The notes: a model not told the origin generated them from the letters alone. 64,000 nucleotides of DNA from Paraspadella gotoi (GCA_051294375.1 JBJCIZ010000744.1:1106262-1170261); one strand, 5' to 3'; shown: positions 12,470 through 27,085, numbered from the stretch's first letter. Numbers and translations: made by a program.

Positions 12470-15400
12470 CCACCGCCGGAAAGGACCGAAGAGCCGGTCG
12501 CCGCCGCCGACGATTTAGCGTCGGCGTTGGGCCTTTGACCAAACGACTGGCCGACCGTCACGCTCGTCTGAATCGGAAAAAAAAAACAACCCGTAAATCT
12601 CATTTGCATATTGCGGTATGAGAGTAGAAGAGGTAAGAAGAATTCATTTATTTTTCAAAAAGAAATTAGCTCTCAAAATACATTCAACGAGAGAGCGAGT
12701 GAAATAGAGAGTTTTGAACTTCTAAAAAAGGAAATGTACACCCTAGTCTAAAAAAGGAAATGTACACCCTTGTCTAAAAAAGGAAATGTACACCCTAGTC
12801 TAAAAAAGGAAATGTACACCCTAGTCTAAAAAAGGAAATGGACACCCTAGTCTAAAAAAGGAAATGGACACCCTAGTCTTGCTAAAACGAAACGTTAATC
12901 AAGAAATCGAAAATGCTTCAAAAAAATGGGAAGCCCCCCCGCCCCTTCCCTCTCCATCGACCCCCCCCTCTGCTGCCCCCCTTAAAAATTCACCCACGAA
13001 CCTGGCCCCCGGCCTTCCCGTAAGGTTGCGCGGCGGCGGCGGCTGCGGCGGCGCAGTTGTTGGGGTTGTAGGCGGCGCCGAGTCCGTAGAGTTGACCGCA
13101 GTATTTCTCGTCGTCGAGATCATCCTCGAAGAAGAGGCGACGCATCTTGAAGAAGGCGGCGCCCGTGAGGAGAGAGTCGCTGCCCGCTTGGTGTTGAGGG
13201 CCTGGGAGGGGGGGGGAGGGGGAAGGAAGGGCAGAACGAGAGAGAGAGTGGGGAGGGGAGTTTATTTATCAGGCTAATCGAGTTGTAGAACTTCGTAGTG
13301 TATTTATGTTTAATACAATTATAACGTAACATTAATATTAACGTTGTTACGTTATAAAAAAGGCTGTCCGATGACTTTTTTTTAAGTTTCCGAGACAAAC
13401 GATGTTGACACACACTCTCTCTCTCTCTCTCTCTCTCACCAATCCTCTCCAGCTCTAGCTGATCGGCGACCTCTTGCAATCCGCCCTTGAGATTCTTGCA
13501 ACTTTTCATGATGTACTTGACGTCGTAGATGAGGGGAAAGAAAATACGGAGGATTTCGAAAAATTCTTCCTCGTCCTCGGGAAGGTCGACGTCCGTCAAG
13601 AGTCTGGGGGACATGGATTCATTATTAGTTTTATTAATTTTTATTAACAATAAATAATATTCTATCAAATATGCGTGAAATATTAATTTATTTTTTTTGA
13701 AAATTTATCACAATTCTTACCGAGTCTAAACCCGAAAAAGAAAAATATTTACCCCAATCTATTTTTAGATAGTATAACAATAAAATTAACAAACATATAC
13801 AATAGAATCGACTCTTGATATATCACCTATCGAATTTAATTCAAATTTAAACCATTTAACTACATTTTAATGCAACAACAAATTGACAAAAAAAAGGGGG
13901 TTTTTAAGCGAGTTCTGGGACTGAAAAGAGAGGAACTTGTCTTTCTCACCTGAGCAAATATCCAAAGTCGTATCCTGAATGGAAGGAGAGCCACTTGACG
14001 GAATCGGAAAGAACTAAGCCTGACGTCATCAGAGATTCTGCGAACTCACGCACTTCGATGCCTTTTCAATGGGGGAGAGAAGTGGACGGGTAAAGTGGGG
14101 CGGAAAGGGGGGGGGCGATGTATGGATAAAGATTGAAGACTTAAGGAAGAGGGTGGATCTCTCTCTCTCTCTAATAGATATTCTTTATCCCTCTCCCATC
14201 CTCGTCTCTGTCTCACTTTCTCCCTCTCTCTGTGTCTTTCATTCTCTCTCTCTCTCTGTCGCGCTTTTCCAACCTTGTTCCTCGTGCTTTTGAAACTGGA
14301 TGCCTGATTTCTGCAGAAGATCGATTGAGTCCTGCGCGTACATGTCTTCGTTGAGGCTGAACTTGAAGTTAAATTGGTAAGTGAAGGTCGGGGGCGTCTC
14401 TCCCTTTTCGTCCATGAAGGTCAGGCCAAGCTGGAGGGAAATACCATGTATGGTCACACAGAAAATTCACTTCATAATAACTGATATAATGACATAAAAA
14501 GTCAGTCAATGACAATAGTGACAACCTTCATTACTCTTTTGTTTTATGTTAAAAATTCGTATCAAACCATGAAAAAAATAATATGAAATACTACAATATG
14601 CAAATGATATTGGGCGATGGAAGAGCAAGAAACGTTTAATCCAACCCTAAGATCCCATTCTTCTACATAACCCACACCCCCTCCTTTGTTACTCCTTGCC
14701 ATCTGCACCTCCCAAAATCCCACTTTTCTGCACCTGGATGATTTTAAGGAGATCCACGTTGCACCTGAGGAGTTGATGTTGATAATCGGACGCGGATCGA
14801 AATTCTCCGATCGGTCGCGCCACCACACCTTGGTTCAAATGGAATGAGGTTGAGATGAATGAAATGGAATGGAATAAAGTAGAGAATGGAATGGAATGGA
14901 ATCATGTAGAGAGAGGAGTTAAATAGAATGAAGTAGAGAATGGAATGGAAAGAAGTCGAGAGAGGAATGGAATGAAGGAGAGAGAGGAGTGAAATGGCAT
15001 AGAATATAATGAGTGGAATGAAATGATCTTCTTCAGCAAAACTCGGCCGTCTAGTATTCCTTAGTCTGTCTCTATAGATCATTGGTTAAGACGAGTTTGA
15101 AAGTTAGTTCTGTGATTAGTCATCTATTTGATGTGCGAATTTTAGGACGAACAATAAAATCACATAGCCAACCAAGCCCGTCCCATTCGGTTGATTATAT
15201 TTTAGCCCATCCAAAGTCAGGAGCAAGTTAGCTTAGTTATTGAACGAATGAATTATTTTTATATTGATGGTTTTTTTACATAATATTATGTCTATTGTCT
15301 AATTGAATGAAGTCGTTAACCCCCCCCAAAACTTTGCACTGAGCAAAGTTTGTACTTTAAACAATTATTATACATTGGCTGTACCAATAAACTAACAAAT

Positions 15401-15578
15401 TACGATACTCAAAAACGAGTTTATATCCATCCAAAAACGCTAATCCCGAACCTGGAAATTCCGTATCCATGGCGACGTATTCGTATTTCTGGACGAGACG
15501 TCGAATATCGCGGAAGGCGTCTTCCATGTTGTGCGCCCACACGTCCTTGATTCCCGCCTCCGCCGACGCCGATGGCAT
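12127..15578 (-). CDS. CNOT7: CCR4-NOT deadenylase subunit CAF1/Pop2 (CNOT7/8)
   Basis: Seven exons giving DVWAHN..AMDTEFP|[22 protein letters not shown]|[33 protein letters not shown]. DEDDh residues intact, followed by a long low-complexity tail. Confidence 0.95.
12721..12878. repeat. 26-bp tandem repeat x6 (intronic)
   Basis: Unit TCTAAAAAAGGAAATGTACACCCTAG. Confidence 0.95.
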
Positions 15579-16191
15579 TATTGCTCTCTTATTTTTTTTT
15601 TTTTTAATAAATGAGAGCAAAGAAGAGGAGGTTGTTGCTCTTTTGTTTATTGTTTTCGTTCTTGATTCCGACGAGGGCGAGCCAGAGTCACGTCAGTCGT
15701 CAAGCATCCTCGCCTCAGCGTCGCGTCGTAAGCGAACGACGAAATCTACGAATCTTTGTTTCGTTTAGTTTCTTGTCCGTTTCGTTTTCTTCGTCTTTGT
15801 TTCGCGCGGAGCGAAATCCTTTTCGAAAAGACGTTTAACAGTATACGATCCATGTTGACACTGTTTTTTTTTTTCCCGTTTTTTTTTCTACATGTTTCCT
15901 TTGCTTTTTTATTTTTTGTTTTTTTTTTTTCAAGTTTGATCTTCCGACCGTCAAAAAATTCTGCAAAGGGCTGAACAAAAAATTAAACGGTTTTTAAATT
16001 CCACACACAAAAATTCGTAACGTCGTAATCTAACAACCATTCACAAGGGAATATGTATTCGTGTAGTTACAATTGGATTAAATGTAAAAATCGTTTTTAA
16101 TTATTTCTAAAGTTTTTTTTTGAGAAAATTCGGCGAAGAAGAGGGGAAGGGACAAAAAAAGAGGGAATCCTTGAAGGTTTAATTAAGTCGT

Positions 16192-16438
16192 TGTGGCGAA
16201 TCCTAAATTCGCCTCCCCGATAGCTTGGTGAAACTCATGTCATCCCATTAGCTTGGACAGCTTCGTTAAACAACCATGAGTTCCGGGTTCAATCCCCTCC
16301 CGACCACGCCAAGTGTGATGGTGTCAGCATAAACACGCCAGGGACATGGGGTGGTCACTGCAGGTCCAAAGCCTTGAGCGCCAGCTCTCGGGAGATGCCG
16401 GAAATCCCCGACATCACACAAGACTCCTCGTTGCCATA
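16192..16438 (+). mobile_element. Solo LTR-like copy, family A (tRNA head and twister)
   Basis: TGTGGCG...GTTGCCATA flanked by 4-bp TSD TCGT (16188-16191 and 16439-16442). B box GGTTCAATCC. Twister core at 16313-16385 with the 5' P5 strand eroded. Confidence 0.85.
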
Positions 16439-16502
16439 TCGTCAACTAATTAGGTCATAATTTGTTGAGATTTTCGTCGAAGAAGGTTGAGCGTCAAAGC
16501 CT

Positions 16503-16765
16503 TGAGGATAAGGCGTAATGCGAGTTGAAGAGTCCTATCCTCAACTTCTTTAAACCCCTCTAGCAGCCATGGAACGGGTCCTCGGCTTGGAACCAGGCGC
16601 GAGGGTTTTCCAGGCCTCCAGAGCGGTCTACGGCCGTCCGCAGGGTTCCCGCAGGTTAGGTACCATTGGCCATCGATCCCGGTACCTAATGGTCATGATG
16701 AGCTGATAGAATTACTCAATGAGCCAACGGGTCATTGAGTAATACCCAAGCAATGCACGACTACA
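16503..16765 (-). mobile_element. Solo LTR-like copy, family B (tRNA-Met-like head and degenerate twister)
   Basis: Minus strand TGTAGTCG...CCTTATCCTCA flanked by 4-bp TSD GCCT (plus strand 16499-16502 and 16766-16769). Twister-like block 16575-16651 has core substitutions (GA>GC, TAA>TAG). Confidence 0.8.
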
Positions 16766-18001
16766 GCCTCGACCTCTTCTAGGTTGGGTCAGGCAGGGAG
16801 TCCAATTGTTGAAAACCTCGAAACTTTAAAAAAGGTAAAGAGTGATGAGAAAAGTAAGGACGAAGTAAACAGAGAGAAGGTAATAAGAAAGAGTGAGAGA
16901 GAGAGAGAGAAATGGCGGCAGAATTACCAAAAAACAAAAACTACCAGCAGCGAAAGGAAAAACTTTTCAAGAAGAAAACGATTTTTTGTAATCATTATTA
17001 TTTACTATTATTCCGGTGATAATTAGTAATTTTCACACTCAAATTTAAGACAAGTCATATATAAACTTTAGATTGAAACGATTACAATATTATTTTCTGC
17101 AATTAGCCGGGTTTTAATCTAAAAAAAAATTATGTACGTATAAAAATTTATACTGGAGACAAGCGATGTCTTTTTTGGTTTATGTTTGTTTTGTTTTTTT
17201 TAATCGTTTTGTTTATTTTCGCGGATGAATTATAACATTTCTGCTTTTACATTTATACAGATTGTTTAGGATACATAGTCATTGAATTAAGAACTGGCCA
17301 AGAGTTATTCTCCGGTCGCGGATGACCTTTCTGGTTTTACTCTCTGGTGGCAAATTCGAAAACTGATACAAATTTAAAGAATGAAAAAAAAAGGGAACTA
17401 GCAAATCTGGTTGTTATTCTGCGGAATCGTGAACAAACATTTAAATCACAGATGAAAAGCGACGCCGCCGACGTCTCAGTCGCGAGCATTTCCGAGAAAT
17501 TGAGATAATTTCTTAGAAAAGCGATTTTCGTTCCGGATTGTCGAAAGATTTTTCGAGGCCACGAGTAGTAGAGTGGAATGAAAAATCGCTACTCAGGTGG
17601 AACAAAAACCGAGAAAAAAAATACAATGACAATTGTTAAGTCGCAAAAATTAGTTACTAAACTAAATTTAATAATGATAGAAAAAAAAAGAAAATGAAAT
17701 AGACAATTGTGATTCACAAAAAGGAAATATTAAAAAAATCAAATAATCTAATAATCTAAACTTTTTTATTCAAAGAAAATAAAAGAAAGCCTCTTTTCAA
17801 CCTCAAGCGACCTATAAACATTAATCTTAATGTAATAATAATGTAATAAAAATCTAAATAATAGTTTATCGCAATAACATCCATACTGGAAATCCAAATA
17901 AATAAAGTAAAGTGTTCCCTTTTCCCCTCCAATGTGCAACCATTCCCTTTTCCCTTTTCCCTTCATTCTAGTCCCGACCACAAGTTACCACATAGTAGTA
18001 C

Positions 18002-18384
18002 AGAAGGATTCATATTATAAAATGAGGTACCCATTTTTGTGACCAGAATCTGTTCCTACCAAACTACCTGATCGAATTTCATGAAATTTTACATTTAGAG
18101 TCCTAATGAGTAATGACGTATATCGAGGCGAATTTTAATATTCAACCCCTGACTAGAGATACAGGGCCTTGGGGGTGGACCCCTGGGGGGCCAAAAAAAC
18201 CTAAAATTTTTTTTATATATCTCGGCTCAGGGGTCAAATATTTTAAATTTGCCTCGATAGTTCTATTTGTATTCACATAGGGATCGTTCATACTAAATTT
18301 CAATAAATTTGGTCCAGTAGTTTTCTCGGAACGTGTTCTAGTCACAAAAAAAGGGGTAACTCATTTTATAATATGAAGCTTTCT
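18002..18384. mobile_element. MITE with long terminal inverted repeats
   Basis: TTCATATTATAAAATGAG..TTTTTGTGACCAGAA..TGTTCC at the left end is mirrored by GGAACGTGTTCTAGTCACAAAAA..CTCATTTTATAATATGAA at the right end. Confidence 0.7.
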
Positions 18385-18839
18385 GTTTAATCTTTATATC
18401 CCGATAATATAACCCATACTTAAATCGATCATACATTTTGATTGTTTGTTGGTTGTTCTTTTACATGCAAAGCTCCTTAATCTTCTCCACGATAATTATG
18501 TGTCGAGTTTACTGGGCATTTAATTACTCCTCCGTTACAACAGATATCGATATTTTTGAACAAGGGGGGTGTACAGTTAACAATAGCTTAAGATACAAAA
18601 AAAATCATTGGCACGTAAGGTTGAAAAAAATGAGCGGATTAATAATACAGTATTAATAATACAGTATTAAAAATAATACATGTGTCATCTTTTATTTTTT
18701 CCTCATTTTTGAGTCTTGACAGGTTCTTCAGCACCGGAGGGGGTCTGGGGATCTGGAAGCAAATAATTCAAACTCATTTATTGCTGCTAGGAATTTAGGT
18801 CAAACTCACTAACCACTGAAGGAAATAAGTCAAACTCAC

Positions 18840-19053
18840 CTATTGCTGCAACAAGTAAGTCGTCGTTTGGCCGAGAGATGGCGATCGGCGCCGAGACGGG
18901 GATGGACAGCGAAGCGGATGAGGTGGTCCCGCCGGGATCCGCCCTTTCCGGCGAAGAGGAAGATGGAGCCGGATTCTGAAGTGAGAAGAGGATTGATTGA
19001 TCGATTTCTTTTAGTTCTCTTTCTTTCTTTACATAGTTGTTTCTTTAGTTTTT

Positions 19054-19122
<69 letters not shown>

Positions 19123-21681
19123 AACAAACCTTAGTTTGAGGTTTGACGAAAGCGACGGGGGGCGAATTGGCAAACGTAGGAGCGCCGCCGCTGACGCCCT
19201 CTTTGAATTTGCTCTCGTTTCCGGCGGCGGAGGTCGGCCGAGAGGAAGGGCCGGACGGGGAAGCGCCGGAAATCGGCGCCGTCGAAGAAAGACCGAACGG
19301 CGTCGAGGCGAAAGGAGCCGCGGAGAGGCCGCCACCGCCGGGACTCAGGGCGCCTTGGTTGGGAATTAATTAATTAATTAATTACATAATGAATTAGTTA
19401 TGTATTAAGTTGATACAACCAATATGTATTAATGCAAATGTATGGCAACCGTTTCAAAATTTACTAAGTTTTAAAGGACAACAAACTTTAATCATTTTCG
19501 TTTAAGAGTGGATAAGGCGCTAAATTGGCTGAAGACTACTATGCGTATCTTCTGTGCCCCTTCAGCAGCAATAGAACGGGTCCAGGGCTTGGAACCAGGC
19601 TTGAGGGGTTTTTCCACGCCCCAAATGCGGTTTATGGACGTCCTCACGCTTCCCGCAGTGCATGTATCTTTGAGGATGGAAATGCTCATGAGCTCAAGGT
19701 GTCATTCTCATAGGCGGGGGATGAACTTGTTGCAATGCCCGACTACAAAGACGATTTTCACCTCAACGGACTTGCGCTCACCGTGAAGGGCGACGCCGCA
19801 ATTGGGGCATCGACCGAAGGTCGTCGCCGTGGAGACGAACGGCGCCGTCAGTGGCGCCACGGAGGGAGCAGAGGCGCCGCCTACCGAACGAACCAGGGAG
19901 CGGTTAGGCCTGAGGTTGTGGGGGGGGGAGAGTAGAAGGGGAGGAGGGGAGAGAAGAGGAGGGTGAGTGGGAGAGAGAAGAGAAGGTGAAGGGGAAATAG
20001 AAAGAGAAGTTTGGGGGAGAAGACAGAGATTTGAGAGATAGAAAGAGAAAGATTTGAGAGATAGAGAAAGATTTGAGAGATAGTAAGAGAAGGTGGAGAA
20101 AGAGAGACAACAATGAATGTCTATTCCGTTGTGAAATGAGCTCTTCTGGACAGAAATATTATATTCTTCATTATACTTATCCCAGAATATTAAAAGTCAT
20201 TTGCAATTATTTTGACGAAACGTCCAAGTTTCACCCTCCCCGCCCTTCCTTCACCCCCCTACCCTCTTTCACCCCCCTACCCTTCTTCTCACCCCCTACC
20301 CTTCCTTCACCCCCTTGCCCTTCTTTCACCCCTACCCTTCCTCACCTCCCCTTCCCCACACCTTCATTCACCCCCCTACCCTTCCTTCATCCCCCCACCT
20401 CCGAATCCGGTCATCGACGCCTCGAAACATCCCGCCCCCACTTTAGGGACGCTGGTGCTGAGACTCCCCGCCGGCGACATCTGGGCGCCCGAGTGCAGCC
20501 GATGGCGGCGCCGCTCGGAGGAAGGCCGCTCATGGCGCCGTAAGGGATCGGGGAAGAGGCCGTGCGGGAACGGTGGGCGACTGGAGGATGGGGAAGGGAG
20601 TCTTTTTTCGAGGGGGGGGGGAAAGAGGGAAAGGAGTTCATTAACCACATTTGCATATTGTCGTATTTCGACCAAGTATCCAAAAGATTCTGTTCATGCC
20701 TTGAAAAGTTTAAAATTGTTATTTCACGATGGCAAATGATTAATTGATCATGTTTGTTTCTGGTTTCATCAATAGTATAATAATTAGTAATTTGATATAA
20801 TTTATTACGATAATCTCTTATCGCGCGGATCAACTTACTGGTAGACAGCGCGGGCGAGGTCGGGTACGGTAAGGGATGACCGGTCGCCATTTCGTGGAAA
20901 TGCCTGCGATGAGGCGCGGGAGATTGAGTCAGTTGTCAGAAACATTTATCAAATTATATATAATATTATGGGCGGTATAAATCACACCACCTCACGTCCA
21001 TCGTCGTTCAGCCAAACATCAGGCATCACAGGCAACCCCGCTGTTTCCATAATATTCAAATTATATTCACAAACTTTAAATTCGGCAAAATTTATCTCCG
21101 TTCGTCTAATAGATGTGATTTTTGTCCAACCTACCTTCATGCGTTCAAACACAGCCCGTCTTTCTTTTCCCAGCCACAAGCCCATCTTTCCCCATCAACC
21201 CACCTCTCTTCGTCCATCTCCAGACTGGATTCTGATTCGCTAAGATGTCGACAGAGATTCTCTCGTCTCTCCGTCTCGAGTTGGAGTTTTCGCTGAAGGA
21301 GAAAAGAGGAAGACGGGAGAAGGAAGAGGAGAGCAGGAAGAAGAGGAAAAAGAGGAAGAGGGCGGAGAGAAAGAAGAGGGGAGGAGGAAGAGGAGAAAGA
21401 AGGGGAAAAGGGGAGGGGGATGAAGAGGAGGAAGAGAGAAGGATGAGAAAATTAGAAGACGGCTTTAGAATTTTCAAGAAACGTTTAATCCAAAATCTCT
21501 TTCAAGATTTAAATTTGATCTTTTGTTGATCCAACAAGACTCATATAGCCTCCATCCAAAGCCTGTCCAAAGTCAGGGGCAAGATAGCTTATTTATTAAA
21601 TGAATGGATAATTTTTATATTGGTTGTACTAATTTCATAAGATCATTTTAAATAATCATCTCTTACACTTATTGTCCCCCT

Positions 21682-21738
<57 letters not shown>

Positions 21739-24700
21739 TGCAATCTCAAATTTTCCTCCCTGATCTGCTTCTCCTCCTGCATGTACTGCGCCATTTTATC
21801 CGTGTGTTCCTTTTGAGCGACTCGGAGACTTTCTCGCAACCTGGAATTATTAATAATGATTATTAATACTTGTGAATAAGACGCTAAGCTTCACGGCACC
21901 AATGGGATCGATCCCAGTACCTAATAGTCATGAGCTAATGGCTTTACTCAATGAGCCACGGGTTCACAACTAAGAGTCATATTTATTGCGCAATGCCCGA
22001 CTATCTACCGATTAATATTAATTAATACCTAATAAAATGTAATAATGCCAGGAGCGGACATTTAGCACAACTTCAAATTCCCCGCCCTTTTTACTCTTTC
22101 ATTAACCTGTGCACTTCGTTCCTTAAATTCTGAATGTGTTGGGTCAGATTTCCGGCGGTTTGGAGGCTGATGGCCGCCGATTCGTCCGGTTCCGGCGGCG
22201 GTGGCATCGAGAGGCGGAGACCGCCGCTGCCGGGAGGAGGGCGGAGACCGGGAGGCGCTGGGGAGAAAAATTGAACGCTTGTGAGATAGAGAGAGAGAGA
22301 GACATTTGAAATTGCAGGCGAGAGAGCGAAAGAGCAAGAGAGCGCGAGAGAGTGAGAGAAAGAGAGAACCTCCTATTCTCCTTACCGAACGGATGATGCA
22401 AGGATCCACCGGAACTTCCGCTCGAATGGCGTCTTTCCCGTCGACTCAGCGGAGCGAAGGGAGACCCCAGTGGAGGCGGTCTGAAGTAAGAAGCAATATT
22501 TTCAGTTTAGGAAAAAAGATAAAAAAAGTTTTTTTCAGATAAATATAATGTTTCTTGGCAAGCTTCCTCTTTCTTTCTTTCTTTTTTTCTTTCTTTCCTA
22601 ATTCTATATCATATTTATTCAATACTTAATATCTTTTAAATTACATTTCCCCTGCAATAAGTCCGATTCCGATCGCGAGTTTCATCCAAGTCCCCTTCCC
22701 TTCCAAGTCATCTTCCCTTCCAAGTCCCCATGCCTTCCAAGGCCTCTTCCCTTCCAAGTCCCCTTCCCTTCCAAGTCCCCTCCCCAACCCGCCTCTCCCC
22801 CCCAATCTACCCACCCTAATCCCAGACTGGCGTTGTGAGATGCGTTGAGTCCGACCGGCGGCGGCGGCGGCGTCGCGTCCAGCATGAGGGCGTCGCTGGG
22901 CGACGGCGGCGTCGACACGGGTTCGTTCAATTTCTCCTGCAGCATCCTGCAGCAAGGAGAGGGGGGAAAGACGGGAGAGTTTTGTAGCCAAAACCTCAAG
23001 CATCTAATGGTTGAGGGAGTGGCCCCTTTATCAATTTGACATGCTATTTAATTTGTTAATTAATTAATTGGTCAATTTGTTCTGTGATTATCTTGTAAAA
23101 AGGAATGTAGGCCTGTCCATTGTCTCAAGTAAGTTAGATGGATGAATAAATTTTATATTTATTTTCATAGAGTGAGGAAGGAGATTTCAGGTCATTATCC
23201 ACAACAACAACAACAACAACAACCCCCTCTCACCTCTTCTCCGCCTCAAGCTTCTCCATTCTCTTCCAAAGTCGATTAACGAGAGACTCTTGCTCTTGCT
23301 CCAACGCGTTCTCCAGCTCGATCTTCTCTCGTCTCAATTGCTCCAGCGTAATCTGAGGACGGAGGAGCTAAAGTTAAAGGTTAAAGCGAATGTATGTCTG
23401 GCTGGGTCTGTCATATCTTGTAAGGACGGAGGCCTAAACCCATCATCGCCTGTCCAAAGTTAGGGGCAAGATGATTGGTTTCTTTAATGAATTACTAATT
23501 GTACCTATTTTAGAGAATACAATTCTCAATAAATAAATATTTTTTTGTAAATTACATCAACCATGTGTGACGTGATTAACTCATTTTCCGATGCACATTC
23601 GGATGGTCTTTCCTCATCGCCTTTGCCTTTCAATTCTCACTCTTGTGAAACTCTCGCTCTTAAAAAGTGAAGCTCTTCACGACATGACATGACATTGTCA
23701 TAATCGTTTCATCTTCGGCTTCGCATTCAAATTATTAACTTAACATTTTTTAGATATAATTTCTCGAGTTAAAATATCAAAATCCAATTAGAAACTTCTC
23801 ATCAACGAAGAGAGAGAAAAAAAAATCGAGAAGAATCCTCAACCCTCATTTTTTCTTCTTTTTTTTCCCCCGCCATTTGTCCTCTAAAAAAGATTATCCA
23901 ATTAGCAACAAAAAAATGTTTTGTCTAAACATATAATTTAAGCCAATTAGCGGGAAAAAGTTCATCGTCCCGTCAGGATTTCCGTAAAATATTTTTAGTC
24001 GGATCTGCTTATCAGCAGATCCCGACTCTATAACTCACTTTTTATAACTCACTTTTTCGGTCCGTCGGTCCGCCCCTCAATATTGTCGGGCACACACTTA
24101 TATCATGTCAGAACATCGAATTATGATAAATTATGCAAAAAAAATGTCCGTCCGTCCGTCTGTCCGGTCCGTCCGTCGTCCGTCCGTCCCACCTTAGCAA
24201 AAAACACCAATTACTCGTGATTGGATGGATGGATTTAAATGAAATTTTGTGTGTGGATAGGTAAGTGTGTGATTGAGCTGGATATTAAGTTTCGATGGAA
24301 TCGTCCGAGTGGAAATGAGTTTAAATGGAAAAAACAAAAAAAAATATTCACTATTTGAACACCAATTGCTCATGAGTGGATGGGCTGATTGACCTGGAAT
24401 TTTTGTATTGTGGGTAGGAAAGTGTGTGATTGAACAGGAAATCAAGTTTCGATGGAATAGTTTGAGTGGAAATGAGTTTAAATAAAAAAAACAAAAAACC
24501 TGTTTTACTAATTGATTATGCTTCTTTTTCCTTTTATATTAAATGTATCTGCAGGATGTATTAATAAATCAAATTAATTAATCAGTTAATTAATCAATTA
24601 GTAAATAAATTAATCAATAATTAATTAATTAGTCAATCAATCCGTCCATCCGTCCCATCTTAGCAAAAAGCTCCAATAACTCGTGATTGGCTGGTTGGAT

Positions 24701-25182
24701 TGGAATTAAATTTGTGTGTGGTTAGGAAAGTGTGTGATAAAGCTGGATATAAAATTTCGATGGAATCGTGTGAGTGGAAATTAGTTTAAATGGAAAAAAC
24801 ATAAGTCGAATTTACTAAAATCTTTTTACTTATTTTAACCAATAAATACTCCAATTAATCATAATTTGATGGATAGATTGAGTTGAAATTTTGTGTGTGG
24901 GTAGGAAAACGTATGACGAAGCTTGATATAAAGTTTCAGTGGAAACGTACCAGTGGAAATGAGTTTAAATGAAAAAATATGAGTCACATTTACTTGAATC
25001 TTTTTATTTATTTTAACCCATGATAGATTGAGATGAAATTTTGTGAGCCGGTAGGAAAGTGAGTGAAGAAGCTAGATATAAAGTTTTGACGGAATGCAAG
25101 TTGAAAAAAATTATGCAAGTTGAAAAAAATGATGCAAGTTAAAAAAATCTAAAAGCATAAGGATCGTCGCTATTGCATAAAA

Positions 25183-25237
<55 letters not shown>

Positions 25238-25602
25238 GAGAGAGAGAGAGAGAAGGAGACATAAAATAAAAAAATCTTAAAAGACTCAAGATCGAGCCAG
25301 AGCCCACTATCATAGAAAATTAATGAAAAAACCGGGAAAAAAACGAATGAATCATGCGATAACGAATTGTTGATGTACTAGTAATTGATTGAGGTAATAC
25401 TAATTGATTGATGTAATAGTAATTTATTGATGTAATAGGAATTGATTATTGATTCGATGATAATCAATTATTGATGCGATGATAGTCATTCACTGCTGTG
25501 ATATAGTCATTCAGTGATGCGATGATTGTCATTCATTGATGCGATGATTGTCATTCATTGATGCGATGATAGTCAATAAAACAAACAAATGCGTGTATGA
25601 GT

Positions 25603-25672
<70 letters not shown>

Positions 25673-26167
25673 AGAGAAAGAGAGAGAGAGAGAAGGAAGA
25701 GAAGAGAGAGAAAGAAAGAATAAATCCACGAAAATCTCGGATGAAAATATGGGATTTTGTATTGAAAAAAAGCGCGGAATAAATGGCAATAATAAAAAGT
25801 TTTTAGAAGGAAAAAATTATCAGAATTTTTCAAAAAACAAACGATCACGCAAAAGATCGGACAGATAGGGACAGACACACACAGAGAGACAGAGAGACAG
25901 AGAGAGAGAGAGAAAAAGAGAGAGAGAGAGACAGCCGCTGCAGAGAAAAAGAGAAAGAGAAAGAGCGATATATAATAATTAAAAGAGAGAGAGAGAGAGA
26001 AGCTCTACAGCCCCTTTACTCGTTAAAGAATCAGCAGTACTTATGGCGCCGCACGTAGCGTGAGCTATTCTCTACCCAAAGGACCCGGGGTTCGCGCCCT
26101 GTTCGTGGCATCGTTTTTTACATTAGTGAACCCACATTATATCTAAAAAATTTTTTGTAAAAAAAAA

Positions 26168-26212
<45 letters not shown>

Positions 26213-27053
26213 AAGAAGCTGGACAGACGCTGCAGAGCCGGAACTCGTTTTTTAGAAGAAGCAGTGACGGAGAAAAAGAGAGAGAGAGAGAGCGACATAT
26301 AATTAAAACGTTTTTGTTTTGTAAATAAAACATAAACAAATACCAATATTGATATGAAACATGAGAATTTTAAAGATCTTGATGATTAAGAAGCCATATA
26401 TGAAAATTCAACTCCCTATGATATCACACTTTCAGAAGCCATGATTGCAAAAAAGCGAGACCGAAAGCTAAACCGAAAAAAAATCTAGACAGGACGGGCT
26501 TTGCCCGCCTGGCTCGATAATAGAGGATATTTGTTTGTTTTGATAAAATGTAAACAAAACATTTAATAACTGTCCTGACTCAATTTTAAGGACATCGATG
26601 ATGACAAGCTGAATATAAATTATAATTAATCTATTAATTAATTAATTAATCTATTAATTAATTAATTAATCTATAATTAATTAATTAATCTATTAATTAA
26701 TTAATTAATCAATTAATTAATTAATTATTGTGGCAGATCCGACATTGTTTGCTCAAACTTGTTTTATTACGACGAACTCGTCTGGGCGGAGAAGAGTTTT
26801 TATTATTTCTAGTTTCTGCATTCTCCTAAATGAGTCTTAGTCTTTCTCTCTCTCTCCCACCCCCTCGCCAGGACTGACTGGACGAAACGTACAATGAATT
26901 TCGTTTTGTTTTGGTTACTTAAAATTGCAAAAGACCAATTTCATTTCCTTTCCCTCTCCTTTCTCTCTCTCTCTCTCTCTCTCCCCAACTTAACCTGTCC
27001 TCACAATTTCACCACTGTCCTGTCTCACATCTTTGTTGGCAACTTTCCTTCCA

Positions 27054-27085
<32 letters not shown>

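Noticed and set aside
21894-21963. Functional tRNA-Met gene (likewise the tRNA-like pieces at ~587-650, 26043-26110 and 37744-37817)
   Set aside because: The stems are incomplete and the sequences are embedded in repeats, so they are treated as tRNA-derived heads.
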